Source of the DNA: Reclinomonas americana ATCC 50394
Taxonomy: Eukaryota
DNA: 64,000 nucleotides
NCBI GenBank assembly: GCA_048213135.1
Contig: PS015009.1
Span: 2,170,001 to 2,234,000 of the forward strand
Direction of reading: 5' to 3'
In this document: in pieces, positions 39,183-48,547 of the stretch
How the letters are laid out: the number at the start of each line of letters is the position of its first letter
Position numbering within the stretch: position 1 is the first letter of the stretch
The notes under the pieces: model-generated
Databases searched by the model: none
The model's input: only the letters and a program-made list of their open reading frames with translations
Told to the model about the DNA's origin: nothing
Position numbers and translations under genes: made by a program

Positions 39183-40233
39183 AGCTGTTAAGGTTTATGG
39201 TAAGCTCTACGGTAAAGACAGCATCTTTATTACTGATATCCAGCTTTTGTTCGCTGTACACCAGTTCAAGCTGGCGGACAATATTATGCAGCCCGATAGC
39301 AGCCGGCCGGGCAGGTTCAGCGGCGCCTTCGAAACTGTTCTCTATTTTGAAAGACAGCTGTGCTTTTTCCAGGTGCAGGGAAATATGAATAAAAGAATTA
39401 AAATGGTTTTCACCCGCTCCGTGTTTGAAAGCGTTCTCTACCAGCGGTAACAATAATAAAGGAGCGATCAATTCACCTTCATGGTCAATGTTTTTATGAA
39501 AAGTCAGTTGCAACTCATCCGTGTACCTGATCTTTTGCAGGGCGATGTAGTCTTCCAGGAATTGTACCTCTCTTGCAATGGAGATCCTGTCGTTACCCGC
39601 CTCATACAGCATGAAACTGAGCAGTTCCGATAGCTTCAGTACTACCTCAGGCGCCTGGTCACTTTTCTTGCGGGTAAGGGCGTAAATGTTGTTGAGTGTA
39701 TTGAAAAGAAAATGAGGATGCAATTGGTTCTTCAGCAGTTTTAATTCGGTTACCAATTTTTCTTTCTCCAGGTTCTTTTCTTTTTCCTTTGCCGCAAGAA
39801 GGGTATTTACAAACTCAACGGCAATGAGCAGTGCAGCCGGGAAGGCTGCTTCTATCATGATGCTGAAGAAATGCTGGGGTTCAAAAAATCCCTGTCGTGG
39901 TGTAACAACCCCTTCATAAATATAAGGCAGTACCAGCTGGCGGGCGAGCAGTATCACCATGCAGATAGCTGCCAGGTAGGGCAGCAGTATCATACCCAGG
40001 TTGGTAATGACACCACTTTTTTTCCTCACAATAGCGGGTAAGGCATAGTAACCGATGTAGTAAGCCAGCAGGCTGTGAGGGAGTCCATAAATCAGCGAAG
40101 CGGCAAACGATTTTACCATCATCTTGTCTGCAGGCCAGGTGTGGATATACTCCTTCATCCACAATCTCTCGAAATAGGCAAGAAGGCACCAGTAACCCAG
40201 CCAGAAAAATATATGCACAGCAGCCTTTTTCAT
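39148..40233 (-). CDS. LytS-like sensor histidine kinase
   Basis: QLHPHFLFNTLN, LVENAFKHG, IGLHN; start set at ATG 40233. Confidence 0.9.
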   Translation of the reverse strand: MKKAAVHIFFWLGYWCLLAYFERLWMKEYIHTWPADKMMVKSFAASLIYGLPHSLLAYYIGYYALPAIVRKKSGVITNLGMILLPYLAAICMVILLARQLVLPYIYEGVVTPRQGFFEPQHFFSIMIEAAFPAALLIAVEFVNTLLAAKEKEKNLEKEKLVTELKLLKNQLHPHFLFNTLNNIYALTRKKSDQAPEVVLKLSELLSFMLYEAGNDRISIAREVQFLEDYIALQKIRYTDELQLTFHKNIDHEGELIAPLLLLPLVENAFKHGAGENHFNSFIHISLHLEKAQLSFKIENSFEGAAEPARPAAIGLHNIVRQLELVYSEQKLDISNKDAVFTVELTINLNSYGKNELPGGGR

Positions 40234-40277
40234 AGTCCAAATATCGGCTAAAATGCACGCTTGCCCAATTGTTGCCG

Positions 40278-40307
40278 TGAACAGCAGGCGAAAGTCTATG
40301 AACAGCA
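40278..40307. promoter_or_regulatory. Candidate LytTR direct repeat
   Basis: TGAACAGCA at 40278 and 40299, 21 bp apart. Confidence 0.6.
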
Positions 40308-40459
40308 CATGAATGTTCCCGGCATTTTGTAACGCCCGGTATCCTGTTGTAAAAGGTATACAGAAAGCGGCTGCCGGTGGCCGTACAGATTGGGCATACA
40401 GGAGAGGCGGTAATAATTTTGATACCGGATTATTAAAAGAAAAATCAAACACTGGTAAT

Positions 40460-40849
40460 ATGAAAAAAATGATCCTGGCAGGAATGGCTGCTTTACTAAT
40501 GATAACGGGATTTACTTCCTGTGATAAAGATCCTGATGTATCCAACAGGGAAGTTACGTACGAGATTACCGGTAATTATTCAGGTCAACTTTTCGTTGTC
40601 ACCAGCGATAATGTAAATGGCAATGAAACCTTTACTGCCACTTCATTGCCCTGGATCATCGATAAGTCTTACGCGTCGAACGTTACCGGAATCGGTTTTG
40701 GGGGGAATAGTGTTGTCGGGCACCTGGGCGCAGCTGGCCAGACGGTAACTGTGAAGATATACGCAGACGGCTCAGTAGTACGCACAGGTACAGCTACCGC
40801 CGATGTCAACGGCATCGTATCATTGCCTTCACTGGGTTATGTATTTTGA
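40460..40849 (+). CDS. Small lipoprotein (beta-sandwich, MmpS-like)
   Basis: MKKMIL...FTS-C lipobox; VTYEITG...SLPW; start set at ATG 40460. Confidence 0.7.
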   Translation: MKKMILAGMAALLMITGFTSCDKDPDVSNREVTYEITGNYSGQLFVVTSDNVNGNETFTATSLPWIIDKSYASNVTGIGFGGNSVVGHLGAAGQTVTVKIYADGSVVRTGTATADVNGIVSLPSLGYVF

Positions 40850-40958
40850 GGCCGGGTAAAATTAAAAACCGGGAAACGGCAGTTTTCTTGCCCTTGAAAA
40901 AATAGCCGGATCTTTTGGATTGGCAAACTGAATAATTCTACATCAAAATATAAATTCC

Positions 40959-41372
40959 ATGCGGGCATTCCCCTTTCTTTCCCTCCGCCAGTACCTGGTC
41001 ATTTTACGCGTAAGCGTTGCTGTTATGTTCCTGGCACATGCTATAGTACGGCTGTTTACCAATGATTCGATTGCCAGTTTCTCGGCTTATCTCGATGGTA
41101 AGGGATTCCCATTAGCTACAGCCATGGTGTGGGTGATCACAATTTTTGAAATAGCCGGGGGGCTTCTCCTGCTGCTTGGATTTTTTGTCAAATGGCTCAG
41201 TGCCGGGTTCATAGCGTTGCTTATCGCGGGCATTATCATCATACATGCGAGCCTGGGTTGGTTTGTTGGCGAACATGGTACCGGTGGCTGTGAATACAGC
41301 GTTGTACTTATTGTGGCTTTACTGGTGATTGCGGCCGCCGGGGAAGGCCGCTACAAGGAAGCGGATCAATAG
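40959..41372 (+). CDS. DoxX family membrane protein
   Basis: LRV.V..MF.AH, FEIAGG, GGCEY. Confidence 0.85.
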   Translation: MRAFPFLSLRQYLVILRVSVAVMFLAHAIVRLFTNDSIASFSAYLDGKGFPLATAMVWVITIFEIAGGLLLLLGFFVKWLSAGFIALLIAGIIIIHASLGWFVGEHGTGGCEYSVVLIVALLVIAAAGEGRYKEADQ

Positions 41373-41476
41373 GTTTCAACTTTGCCTGCCCCGGAAAAGA
41401 GCATTGAGTGTTTGGGTATTCCCGCTTCCTTTTACTGACAAAGGGCGGGAATTTTTTATTGGTGATTTGTGCCGTG

Positions 41477-42982
41477 TCATACAGGCGAATTACCACCGGT
41501 AATAAAAGGAGGAGCCTGCTCTTTAATACCCAACACTTCTCGCATACTTTCCAGCGCGTTCTCATCTTCCGCCAGCACATACAGAATGTCATTGGCCAGC
41601 AGCATGGTTGATCCGTTTGGCGAAATATACAGGTCTGCCCGCTTAATGGCGAGAATATTGGTAGTGGCTGGTGTTGACAATTCAACAATTCTTTTGCCTG
41701 CAGCGGCTGAGCCCGGGGTGATCAGTATCTCTTCCATTTCGGATTTGATGTTGTCGGTCAGCTCAAAGTCGAGCCCGCGTCTTTTTTTGGTTTTGGGCGG
41801 AAGGGTCACATGCAGCAGTTTGGCCACATAGGAAAGTGTTGTTCCCTGTAATAGCACCGATGTGATCGAGATGAAGAATACCAGGTTAAAGATCAGCTCT
41901 GCTTTTGGTATACCAGCCAGTAAAGGATAGGTTGCAAATACAATCGGTACGCTGCCCCGTAATCCCACCCACGAAATGAACAGTTTGCTTCTTGTATTGG
42001 AAGAGAAGAATGACAGTGATGCGAAAACACCGATCGGCCTGGCAATAAATATCAGGAAAGCGGAGATGAGCAGTCCCATACCAATCAGCGGCATAATACG
42101 GGAAGGAAAGACGAGCAACCCGAGCGTAAGGAAGAGTATGATCTGCATGAGCCAGGCCTGTCCGTCATAAAATTTGATGAGGCTTCTTTTATGGACCATA
42201 TTGCTGTTGCCGATGATCACGGCGCACAGGTAAATGGCCAGGAAACCGTTACCACCAATAGCGTGTGTTACAGAGTAAGTAAATATGGCCAGCCCGAGGG
42301 TAAGAACAGGATAAAGTCCTTCAGTTTCGAGTTTGATGTTATTAATGAGCCACACGCTGGCCCTTCCCATTACAAAACCGATAGCGCCACCAAGGATAAA
42401 TTCTTTGAGGAAGGAAACAACCAGTTCCGGTACACTGGCATGGCCTGATGCCACAATACCGGTGAGGGTGATCGTAAGAAAATAAGCCATCGGATCATTA
42501 CTGCCGCTTTCCAGTTCCAGTACCGGGCGCAGGTAGCCTTTCAGTGCAACGCCCCTGTTGCGCAGGATGGAAAACACGGCCGCCGCATCTGTAGCGGAAA
42601 CTATAGACCCGAGCAGGAGACCCTCGAAGATGGTGAACCCGAAAACATAATGGACAAATACGCCTACAGCGATGGCGGTAAGAAACACGCCTAATGTTGA
42701 TAAAGCGATTCCTCTCCATATGACGGGCCTGATACTTTGCCAGTTCGTATCAAGCCCGCCGGAGAAGAGTATAAAGTTCAACGCCGTTATACCGATCAGC
42801 TGAGCAATAGCCGCATTGTCGAAATGGATACCACCAATTCCTTCCGAGCCGGCAAGTACGCCGACAATTAGAAAGAAGATGAGGGTGGGCACGCCCAGCT
42901 TGTGGGTTGTTTTGCCTGCAATGATGCTGATCAGCAACAGAACTGATCCTGTCAGCAGGATGTTTCCGGCGTCGATGGACAT
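41477..42982 (-). CDS. cvrA: K+/H+ antiporter (NhaP2/CvrA) with a C-terminal TrkA-C domain
   Basis: ILFSGGL, ATDAAAVFS, LESGSNDPMA, WVGLRGSVPI. Confidence 0.9.
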   Translation of the reverse strand: MSIDAGNILLTGSVLLLISIIAGKTTHKLGVPTLIFFLIVGVLAGSEGIGGIHFDNAAIAQLIGITALNFILFSGGLDTNWQSIRPVIWRGIALSTLGVFLTAIAVGVFVHYVFGFTIFEGLLLGSIVSATDAAAVFSILRNRGVALKGYLRPVLELESGSNDPMAYFLTITLTGIVASGHASVPELVVSFLKEFILGGAIGFVMGRASVWLINNIKLETEGLYPVLTLGLAIFTYSVTHAIGGNGFLAIYLCAVIIGNSNMVHKRSLIKFYDGQAWLMQIILFLTLGLLVFPSRIMPLIGMGLLISAFLIFIARPIGVFASLSFFSSNTRSKLFISWVGLRGSVPIVFATYPLLAGIPKAELIFNLVFFISITSVLLQGTTLSYVAKLLHVTLPPKTKKRRGLDFELTDNIKSEMEEILITPGSAAAGKRIVELSTPATTNILAIKRADLYISPNGSTMLLANDILYVLAEDENALESMREVLGIKEQAPPFITGGNSPV

Positions 42983-43003
42983 AAGTAATGGTTTTACCTG
43001 CTG

Positions 43004-43141
43004 TTAATCTGCAGTGTTACGAGATATGGTGTTGTTTTGTGCGGCTTCGGATTTTTTATCCCTGTTGTGCACATATACCAGTATACCCACAATGAGGGCG
43101 AGAAAGCCCAGCAATGCCAGGGCCGTAAGAATTGTCGACAT
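43004..43141 (-). CDS. 45-aa single-TM peptide
   Basis: MSTILTALALLGFLALIVGILVYVHNRDKK...; lies between the leader ORF and the antiporter. Confidence 0.55.
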   Translation of the reverse strand: MSTILTALALLGFLALIVGILVYVHNRDKKSEAAQNNTISRNTAD

Positions 43142-43225
43142 AATTTCTTTTTTAAGATGGAAACGATAATGAAGTAAAATGATACATGCCGCTGTTGTAA
43201 AACAGCGCATATACGTTTACCGGTC

Positions 43226-43579
43226 TTACCAGAAATTATGCGAAGGGTAATTATAAGAAAGATGATTATTCCCGTATATTTCTGTAAGGGGAATAAGAGG
43301 AGTGAAAGTGGCCGTAATGATGACGGCACTTTTTTCTTTTGCCGTGTAATGCAGGTAGCCCGGCGCTTTTTGTATACTGTGTGTTGCCTGCGTGCCTGCG
43401 GAAACGGCGAAGCCGGCCAGTTCTATATCCGGAACGATACTGCCTGAGCCCGGGTTAACAAAATGCCCCGGCTGTGTAACTGTTGCCAGATCAGGCTTTT
43501 GTAAGGCAGCCCCGTCGTTGTTGCCCAGTACCGCAGTAAAGAGAAACAATAAGAATATGGTGAGGCTGCGTTTTTTCAT
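43226..43579 (-). CDS. Signal-peptide ORF ending YPSHNFW, candidate leader of the K+ transport unit
   Basis: ATG 5 nt after TATCTTTG (43585-43592, minus strand); signal peptide. Confidence 0.65.
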   Translation of the reverse strand: MKKRSLTIFLLFLFTAVLGNNDGAALQKPDLATVTQPGHFVNPGSGSIVPDIELAGFAVSAGTQATHSIQKAPGYLHYTAKEKSAVIITATFTPLIPLTEIYGNNHLSYNYPSHNFW

Positions 43580-43711
43580 TGTTACAAAGATAACGAATTT
43601 AAAAAACGTCGTTTTTGGGAGGATGATTGGGGTTTAAAAGGGATAGTTTTTTTCTTTCAGTATTACGTTTTTTTCTTCTGGTCAGTTTGTACAACAGTTC
43701 TAGTTTTACCC

Positions 43712-45256
43712 ATGCTTGTGAAAACTTTCGGTTCCGCGGTTTATGGCGTTGAAGCGGTTACCATCACCATCGAGGTCAATGTAAACGGGCAGGGAACCAA
43801 TTATTACCTCGTCGGTTTGCCGGATAATGCGGTTAAAGAAAGCCTGCAAAGAGTAGAGAGCGCCATCAAGAGCAATCATTATGAAATGCCGCGTACCAAA
43901 CTGGTGGTGAACCTGGCGCCGGCCGATATCCGGAAAACGGGCACCGCCTTCGATCTGCCCATCGCCATTGGTACACTTGCCGCTACGGGGCAGGTGGATA
44001 ACCCGGAATGGCTGTCGGATTACGTGATCATGGGAGAGTTGAGTCTTGACGGAGAGTTGCGGCCTATCAAAGGCGCCCTGGCCATCGCCCTGCAGGCGCA
44101 ACGCGAAGGGTTCAAAGGATTCATACTGCCACATCAGAATGCAAGAGAAGCCGCCATGGTAGATAACCTGCAGGTATTCGCCGTAACGCATATCAATGAG
44201 GTAACCGGTTTCTTCAGCAACCCCGCATCGTTGCAGCCTACGGTGGTCGATACACGGGCAGCATTTGCAGGGGCACAAACTCACGCTGATGTAGACTTCA
44301 GCGATGTAAAAGGACAGGAAAATATTAAAAGGGCGCTGGAGATCGCGGCAGCAGGCGGACATAACGCCATACTCATAGGTCCGCCCGGGGCGGGTAAAAC
44401 CATGCTCGCCCGCAGACTACCAACCATACTCCCGCCGCTTACATTAGAGGAAGCGCTGGAAACGACCAAGATACATTCCGTAGCAGGCAAACTGGCAGAG
44501 AATGCCACGATCATATCAAGACGTCCTTTCCGTTCACCACATCATACCACCAGCGATGTGGCATTGGTAGGTGGAGGCGGGCACCCGCAGCCGGGCGAAA
44601 TTTCACTGGCCCACAACGGCGTCCTTTTTTTGGATGAACTGCCCGAATTCAAACGTACGGTACTCGAAGTAATGCGGCAACCGATGGAAGAAAGAAAGGT
44701 AACGATTTCACGTGCCAGGATGGCGATGGATTTCCCAGCTTCGTTCATGCTTATTGCCGCGATGAACCCATGCCTCTGCGGCTTTTTTAATCATCCCGCA
44801 CGGGAATGTACCTGTCCGCCTGGTGCCGTACAAAAATACCTGAACCGCATTTCCGGCCCTTTACTGGACCGGATCGATCTGCATGTGGAAGTAACGCCGG
44901 TTGATTTTGATGAACTGGCATCACATCAGCCATTTACCCGCAGCGAGACTATACGGCAACGCGTAATTGCCGCACGGGAAATACAAGCCAAACGATACGA
45001 GGGATCGCCGGGCATTTATGCCAATGCGCAAATGAGCAGCCGCCAGTTGAAAGAGATCTGCCGGGTTAACGCGGCCGGGCAAACGCTTTTGCAAAAGGCG
45101 ATGGAGAAGCTCGATCTTTCAGCCCGGGCTTACGACCGTATCCTTAAGGTCAGTCGTACCATTGCCGACCTGGCAGCCAGCACAGTCATTGAACCGGAGC
45201 ACCTGGCGGAAGCGATACAATACCGCAGTCTTGACAGGGCAGGATGGGGGAAATGA
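43712..45256 (+). CDS. comM: YifB/ComM Mg-chelatase-like AAA+ ATPase
   Basis: VGLPD.AVKES, GPPGAGKT, RPFRSPHHT, GVLFLDELPEF, AMNPC. Confidence 0.93.
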   Translation: MLVKTFGSAVYGVEAVTITIEVNVNGQGTNYYLVGLPDNAVKESLQRVESAIKSNHYEMPRTKLVVNLAPADIRKTGTAFDLPIAIGTLAATGQVDNPEWLSDYVIMGELSLDGELRPIKGALAIALQAQREGFKGFILPHQNAREAAMVDNLQVFAVTHINEVTGFFSNPASLQPTVVDTRAAFAGAQTHADVDFSDVKGQENIKRALEIAAAGGHNAILIGPPGAGKTMLARRLPTILPPLTLEEALETTKIHSVAGKLAENATIISRRPFRSPHHTTSDVALVGGGGHPQPGEISLAHNGVLFLDELPEFKRTVLEVMRQPMEERKVTISRARMAMDFPASFMLIAAMNPCLCGFFNHPARECTCPPGAVQKYLNRISGPLLDRIDLHVEVTPVDFDELASHQPFTRSETIRQRVIAAREIQAKRYEGSPGIYANAQMSSRQLKEICRVNAAGQTLLQKAMEKLDLSARAYDRILKVSRTIADLAASTVIEPEHLAEAIQYRSLDRAGWGK

Positions 45257-45319
45257 TATGCCCCGGGTATAAAAATGTATTAGATTTACTTACCCCTTTT
45301 TTAACCTAAACCTTATGCC

Positions 45320-46297
45320 ATGCCCAATGATGCTTCTATCCCGTTGCTTTGTCAAATGATGTGCGCCTGCGGCTGCGCCTATTATATCAATGCTGCCGAC
45401 GGCTCCTATAGTCCTCCTTCAGATGATCCGTTTGGACAGGCCATAGGCTGGCACGATCTTACATCAGCTTCCGTATGCCTGAGTACGCCAGCTCCCAAGC
45501 CTGATGTTTCCGCCGCACTTGTTGCCGTAATGAACGCGAATATCGACGACAGTAGTACCGATGCGATTGTAGTGGCTTTCCGCGGAACACAACCTTTAAC
45601 AAATGATCCCGACGGTATCATCGACTGGCTGAAAGATTTCCTGGGATCGCCGGTGGCCGGCCCGTCGCCCATCCGGGGAAAAGTGCACAGCGGTTTTCTT
45701 TCCGATACACAGTCTGTTCTCAGTGGAGTGATTGATATGATCAATAACCTGCAAAGTAATTATACCGATCCCTTGCCGGTGATCATTACCGGGCACAGCA
45801 AGGGTGCGGCAATGGCCACACTTTGCACGGCGCTGATTGTTTCAGGTAAGCTGTTGCCGCAAATGCCTTACGCGGTTTATACGTTCGGCTCGCCTTACCC
45901 GGGCGATAGTACATTTGCTGCCTACTTTGAATCGAATATAGGGGTGCCGGTATACCGTACGGAAAACTACCTCGACATCGTACCTTTTTTACTGCCGTCG
46001 GCAACACTCATCAATGCGCTGGAACAATCGGGTAACGGAGCAGAAGCATTGCTCGGTATCCTGCTGTCAGGATACGACAATGACCAGTACGCACCCATAG
46101 GTACGCTGCAATTTATACAGATGAACGGAACCTTTGCACCCCCGGGTACATTCAATAACAGTGATACGGATATTGTTACAACACTTGGTCAGCCGAATGG
46201 TTTTGCAACGGTGGGTGATGCGCACAACCATAACTGCGGGTATGGGTATATGAACGGTAGTTGCGGCGCGACAGGCGTATGCTCTGTAAGCAGCTGA
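45320..46297 (+). CDS. Class 3 lipase family protein
   Basis: VVAFRGT, VHSGF, TGHSKGA, YTFGSP, DIVP. Confidence 0.88.
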   Translation: MPNDASIPLLCQMMCACGCAYYINAADGSYSPPSDDPFGQAIGWHDLTSASVCLSTPAPKPDVSAALVAVMNANIDDSSTDAIVVAFRGTQPLTNDPDGIIDWLKDFLGSPVAGPSPIRGKVHSGFLSDTQSVLSGVIDMINNLQSNYTDPLPVIITGHSKGAAMATLCTALIVSGKLLPQMPYAVYTFGSPYPGDSTFAAYFESNIGVPVYRTENYLDIVPFLLPSATLINALEQSGNGAEALLGILLSGYDNDQYAPIGTLQFIQMNGTFAPPGTFNNSDTDIVTTLGQPNGFATVGDAHNHNCGYGYMNGSCGATGVCSVSS

Positions 46298-46320
46298 TCC
46301 GCATAAAAAAGGAGACAGGC

Positions 46321-46743
46321 TTATTTGTATTTGCGCTTCATATGTTTTACAGACTCGGAGATCATCTTCTTCAATACCGGTACCTGGATGTCCTCCAGTT
46401 TATTAAAGTAGATGCAGGCTTTGGATATTTTGTGTTTGCCTAGTTTTTGTAACAGTTCATCTCTTTTGGCAAAGTCGGTGGCAAGGTAAATGGTAATGGC
46501 ATTTTTGCGGGGAGAAAAACCAGCCATGGGCGCATCACCTTCGTGACCGGTTGCATACCGGTAATGATAGCTGCCAAAGCCGATGATGGCAGGCCCCCAC
46601 ATTTTAGCCGGAAAGCCTGTCGCCTCTTCAAACAGGCTGATCAGTTCAAAACTGTCGGCCTGCTTCCTCTTGTCATCAACAGTTTTAATGAAACCGCTTA
46701 CGCTGTTGTTGTTTTCGGTTGTTTTGGCGGGAGCTTTTGCCAT
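46321..46743 (-). CDS. DUF1801 (YdhG-like) protein
   Basis: MWGPAIIGFGSYHYRY, GFSPRK, LGKHK..KAC.Y. Confidence 0.85.
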   Translation of the reverse strand: MAKAPAKTTENNNSVSGFIKTVDDKRKQADSFELISLFEEATGFPAKMWGPAIIGFGSYHYRYATGHEGDAPMAGFSPRKNAITIYLATDFAKRDELLQKLGKHKISKACIYFNKLEDIQVPVLKKMISESVKHMKRKYK

Positions 46744-46777
46744 GTGTCTGGTCTTTTATGAAAATGAAGATAATCGT

Positions 46778-47173
46778 TTATATTTTCTTTTCAATCATCC
46801 ATAAATGTCCGAACGGATCCCTGAACCTGCCCTGGCGGTAGCCGTAATCATAATCCATTGCCGGGCTTACCAGTTCAGCACCGGCATCAAGCGCCTGTTG
46901 CATAATGGCATCCACATCCGGAACAAACAGGCCAATCAATGCTGTAACGCCCATATGCCTGCCGGGGTGAAACTGGCCTTTGGTTTCTGCTTCTTCATGA
47001 AGATGAAAGATACAATCATATACAGAGAGTTCCGCCACGTGAATGCTGCCATCGTCATTGGTAAAACGCCTGATCTCTGTTGCATTAAAGGCTTTGCTGT
47101 AAAAGCTGATGTCGGCTACACCATGCGGAATATATAATTGCGGTGCGAAGAAATTTTTTTCACTGCTGCTCAT
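46778..47173 (-). CDS. VOC/glyoxalase (PhnB-like) protein
   Basis: FYSKAF, HVAEL, DYGYRQG.FRDPFGH.W. Confidence 0.88.
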   Translation of the reverse strand: MSSSEKNFFAPQLYIPHGVADISFYSKAFNATEIRRFTNDDGSIHVAELSVYDCIFHLHEEAETKGQFHPGRHMGVTALIGLFVPDVDAIMQQALDAGAELVSPAMDYDYGYRQGRFRDPFGHLWMIEKKI

Positions 47174-47287
47174 GTCTCTTGATTTTAGATATAGCCTGAC
47201 TGTGATAAGAGCCCGGGAGATACGAAAGATAATAAAAATCGCCGGCCTTTTCAGGAGCCGGCGGTCTGTAATGTTCTTTAACTGCGG

Positions 47288-47722
47288 TTACTGGATAGAA
47301 CTGCCTCTCAATAATACATTGATCACTACTTTGCCTTCGCAGTTGCCTTTTATCGTGATCTGCTGACCTTTTTTTAACTGGGCGGCTTCTTTCTCGTGAT
47401 CTTTAGAGAAATAACATTGGATGTCTCCGCCAAATTCCTTCCCGGTCAACGTAACATAGATGTCATCTCCAAAATCTTTCGAAATGTCATCAACGGTACC
47501 GCTTACCGACAGCACCTTGTCTTTATATTTCAAATCGGCAGATACTTCATTCGCCTCATAATCGCTGTACAATTGGGCTGCAGTAACCTGGATAGCAGGC
47601 TGGGAAACTTCTTTTTCCGCTACTTCTTTTTCTGTTTTTTTATCATCCGAGCACGCAATGGCAAGAACGAAAAATACACACACCGTTAAAACAGAGAATA
47701 AATGTCTGGTTGTTTTTTTCAT
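47288..47722 (-). CDS. OB-fold lipoprotein (tRNA_anti-like)
   Basis: AIAC lipobox-like; LY.DYEANEV.AD.KYK.K...V.GTV, LKKGQ.ITIKG.C.G. Confidence 0.8.
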   Translation of the reverse strand: MKKTTRHLFSVLTVCVFFVLAIACSDDKKTEKEVAEKEVSQPAIQVTAAQLYSDYEANEVSADLKYKDKVLSVSGTVDDISKDFGDDIYVTLTGKEFGGDIQCYFSKDHEKEAAQLKKGQQITIKGNCEGKVVINVLLRGSSIQ

Positions 47723-48090
47723 GTTGATTTAGGTTTATAAGCAAAAAGGGTTAAAAAAGCATTGTTCAGTAAAACTGCGGCGGCTCCGAAAAGCAGGTAC
47801 ACAACGATGTCCAATACGTCTCCTGTTCCGGCAATGATATTCACTGCCTGCAATATTTCAAACAGGGAAAAAACTGAAATAATAAAGAACAACCATGGCA
47901 AATGAATTTTTCTGTCCCATATGATAAGGATCGTCGAACAAAATGCATAAGCCCATAATCCATCAGGCAGGTAATTCCTTACCGGTGAAAAGGAAACAGT
48001 GATTGCTGAAAATATCCAATAACAAACTGTTCCCGCAAGGATCGGCAAAATAGCATTCCATACAATGTCCTGTCTTTTAGTGAATTGCAT
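47719..48090 (-). CDS. Hypothetical membrane protein, translationally coupled to the OB-fold gene
   Basis: About four TMs; LPDGLWAY, FEILQ, GT.D..DI; ATGA overlap. Confidence 0.7.
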   Translation of the reverse strand: MQFTKRQDIVWNAILPILAGTVCYWIFSAITVSFSPVRNYLPDGLWAYAFCSTILIIWDRKIHLPWLFFIISVFSLFEILQAVNIIAGTGDVLDIVVYLLFGAAAVLLNNAFLTLFAYKPKST

Positions 48091-48279
48091 CGGGGTTGAT
48101 ATTAGGATTCCGGTTCTTTGGAAACAAGCATCACCAAAAAGTAATGCTTTGGCGTATCAATCGTTATTAATTATTTCCCGCAAATAACGAAAGCCGGGCA
48201 ATTTTATTATCCGGTTAACCGTAAAGGGGTATAAAAAATCCCGGGAAATTCCCCGGATGACTGGTTTCAGACAAAGGTT

Positions 48280-48405
48280 TTACGAAGAGGAATGCGTAAT
48301 GCTGATCTCCACGGCATTGAATGCTTTATTATAAAAACTGATGTCTCTTACCCCATTCGGAATATAGAGTTGCGGAGCGAAAAAAATATTTTCTGTGTGA
48401 CTCAT
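48280..48405 (-). pseudogene. Truncated 5' copy of the VOC gene (41 codons, absent from the ORF track)
   Basis: MSHTENIFFAPQLYIPNGVRDISFYNKAFNAVEI matches the 47173 N-terminus at 26 of 34 residues, then diverges and stops. Confidence 0.85.
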
Positions 48406-48547
48406 AACATGTGCAGCAGTAAAATCAACTATTTAAAATATTAATTCCGAAAGATCCGGGCATCACATCATCAACAAGACAATTCGCTTGTAAGCAAAAA
48501 GAATAATGCACTCAGGTTAGTTGTCATTACAGAAAATTTATTTGAGA

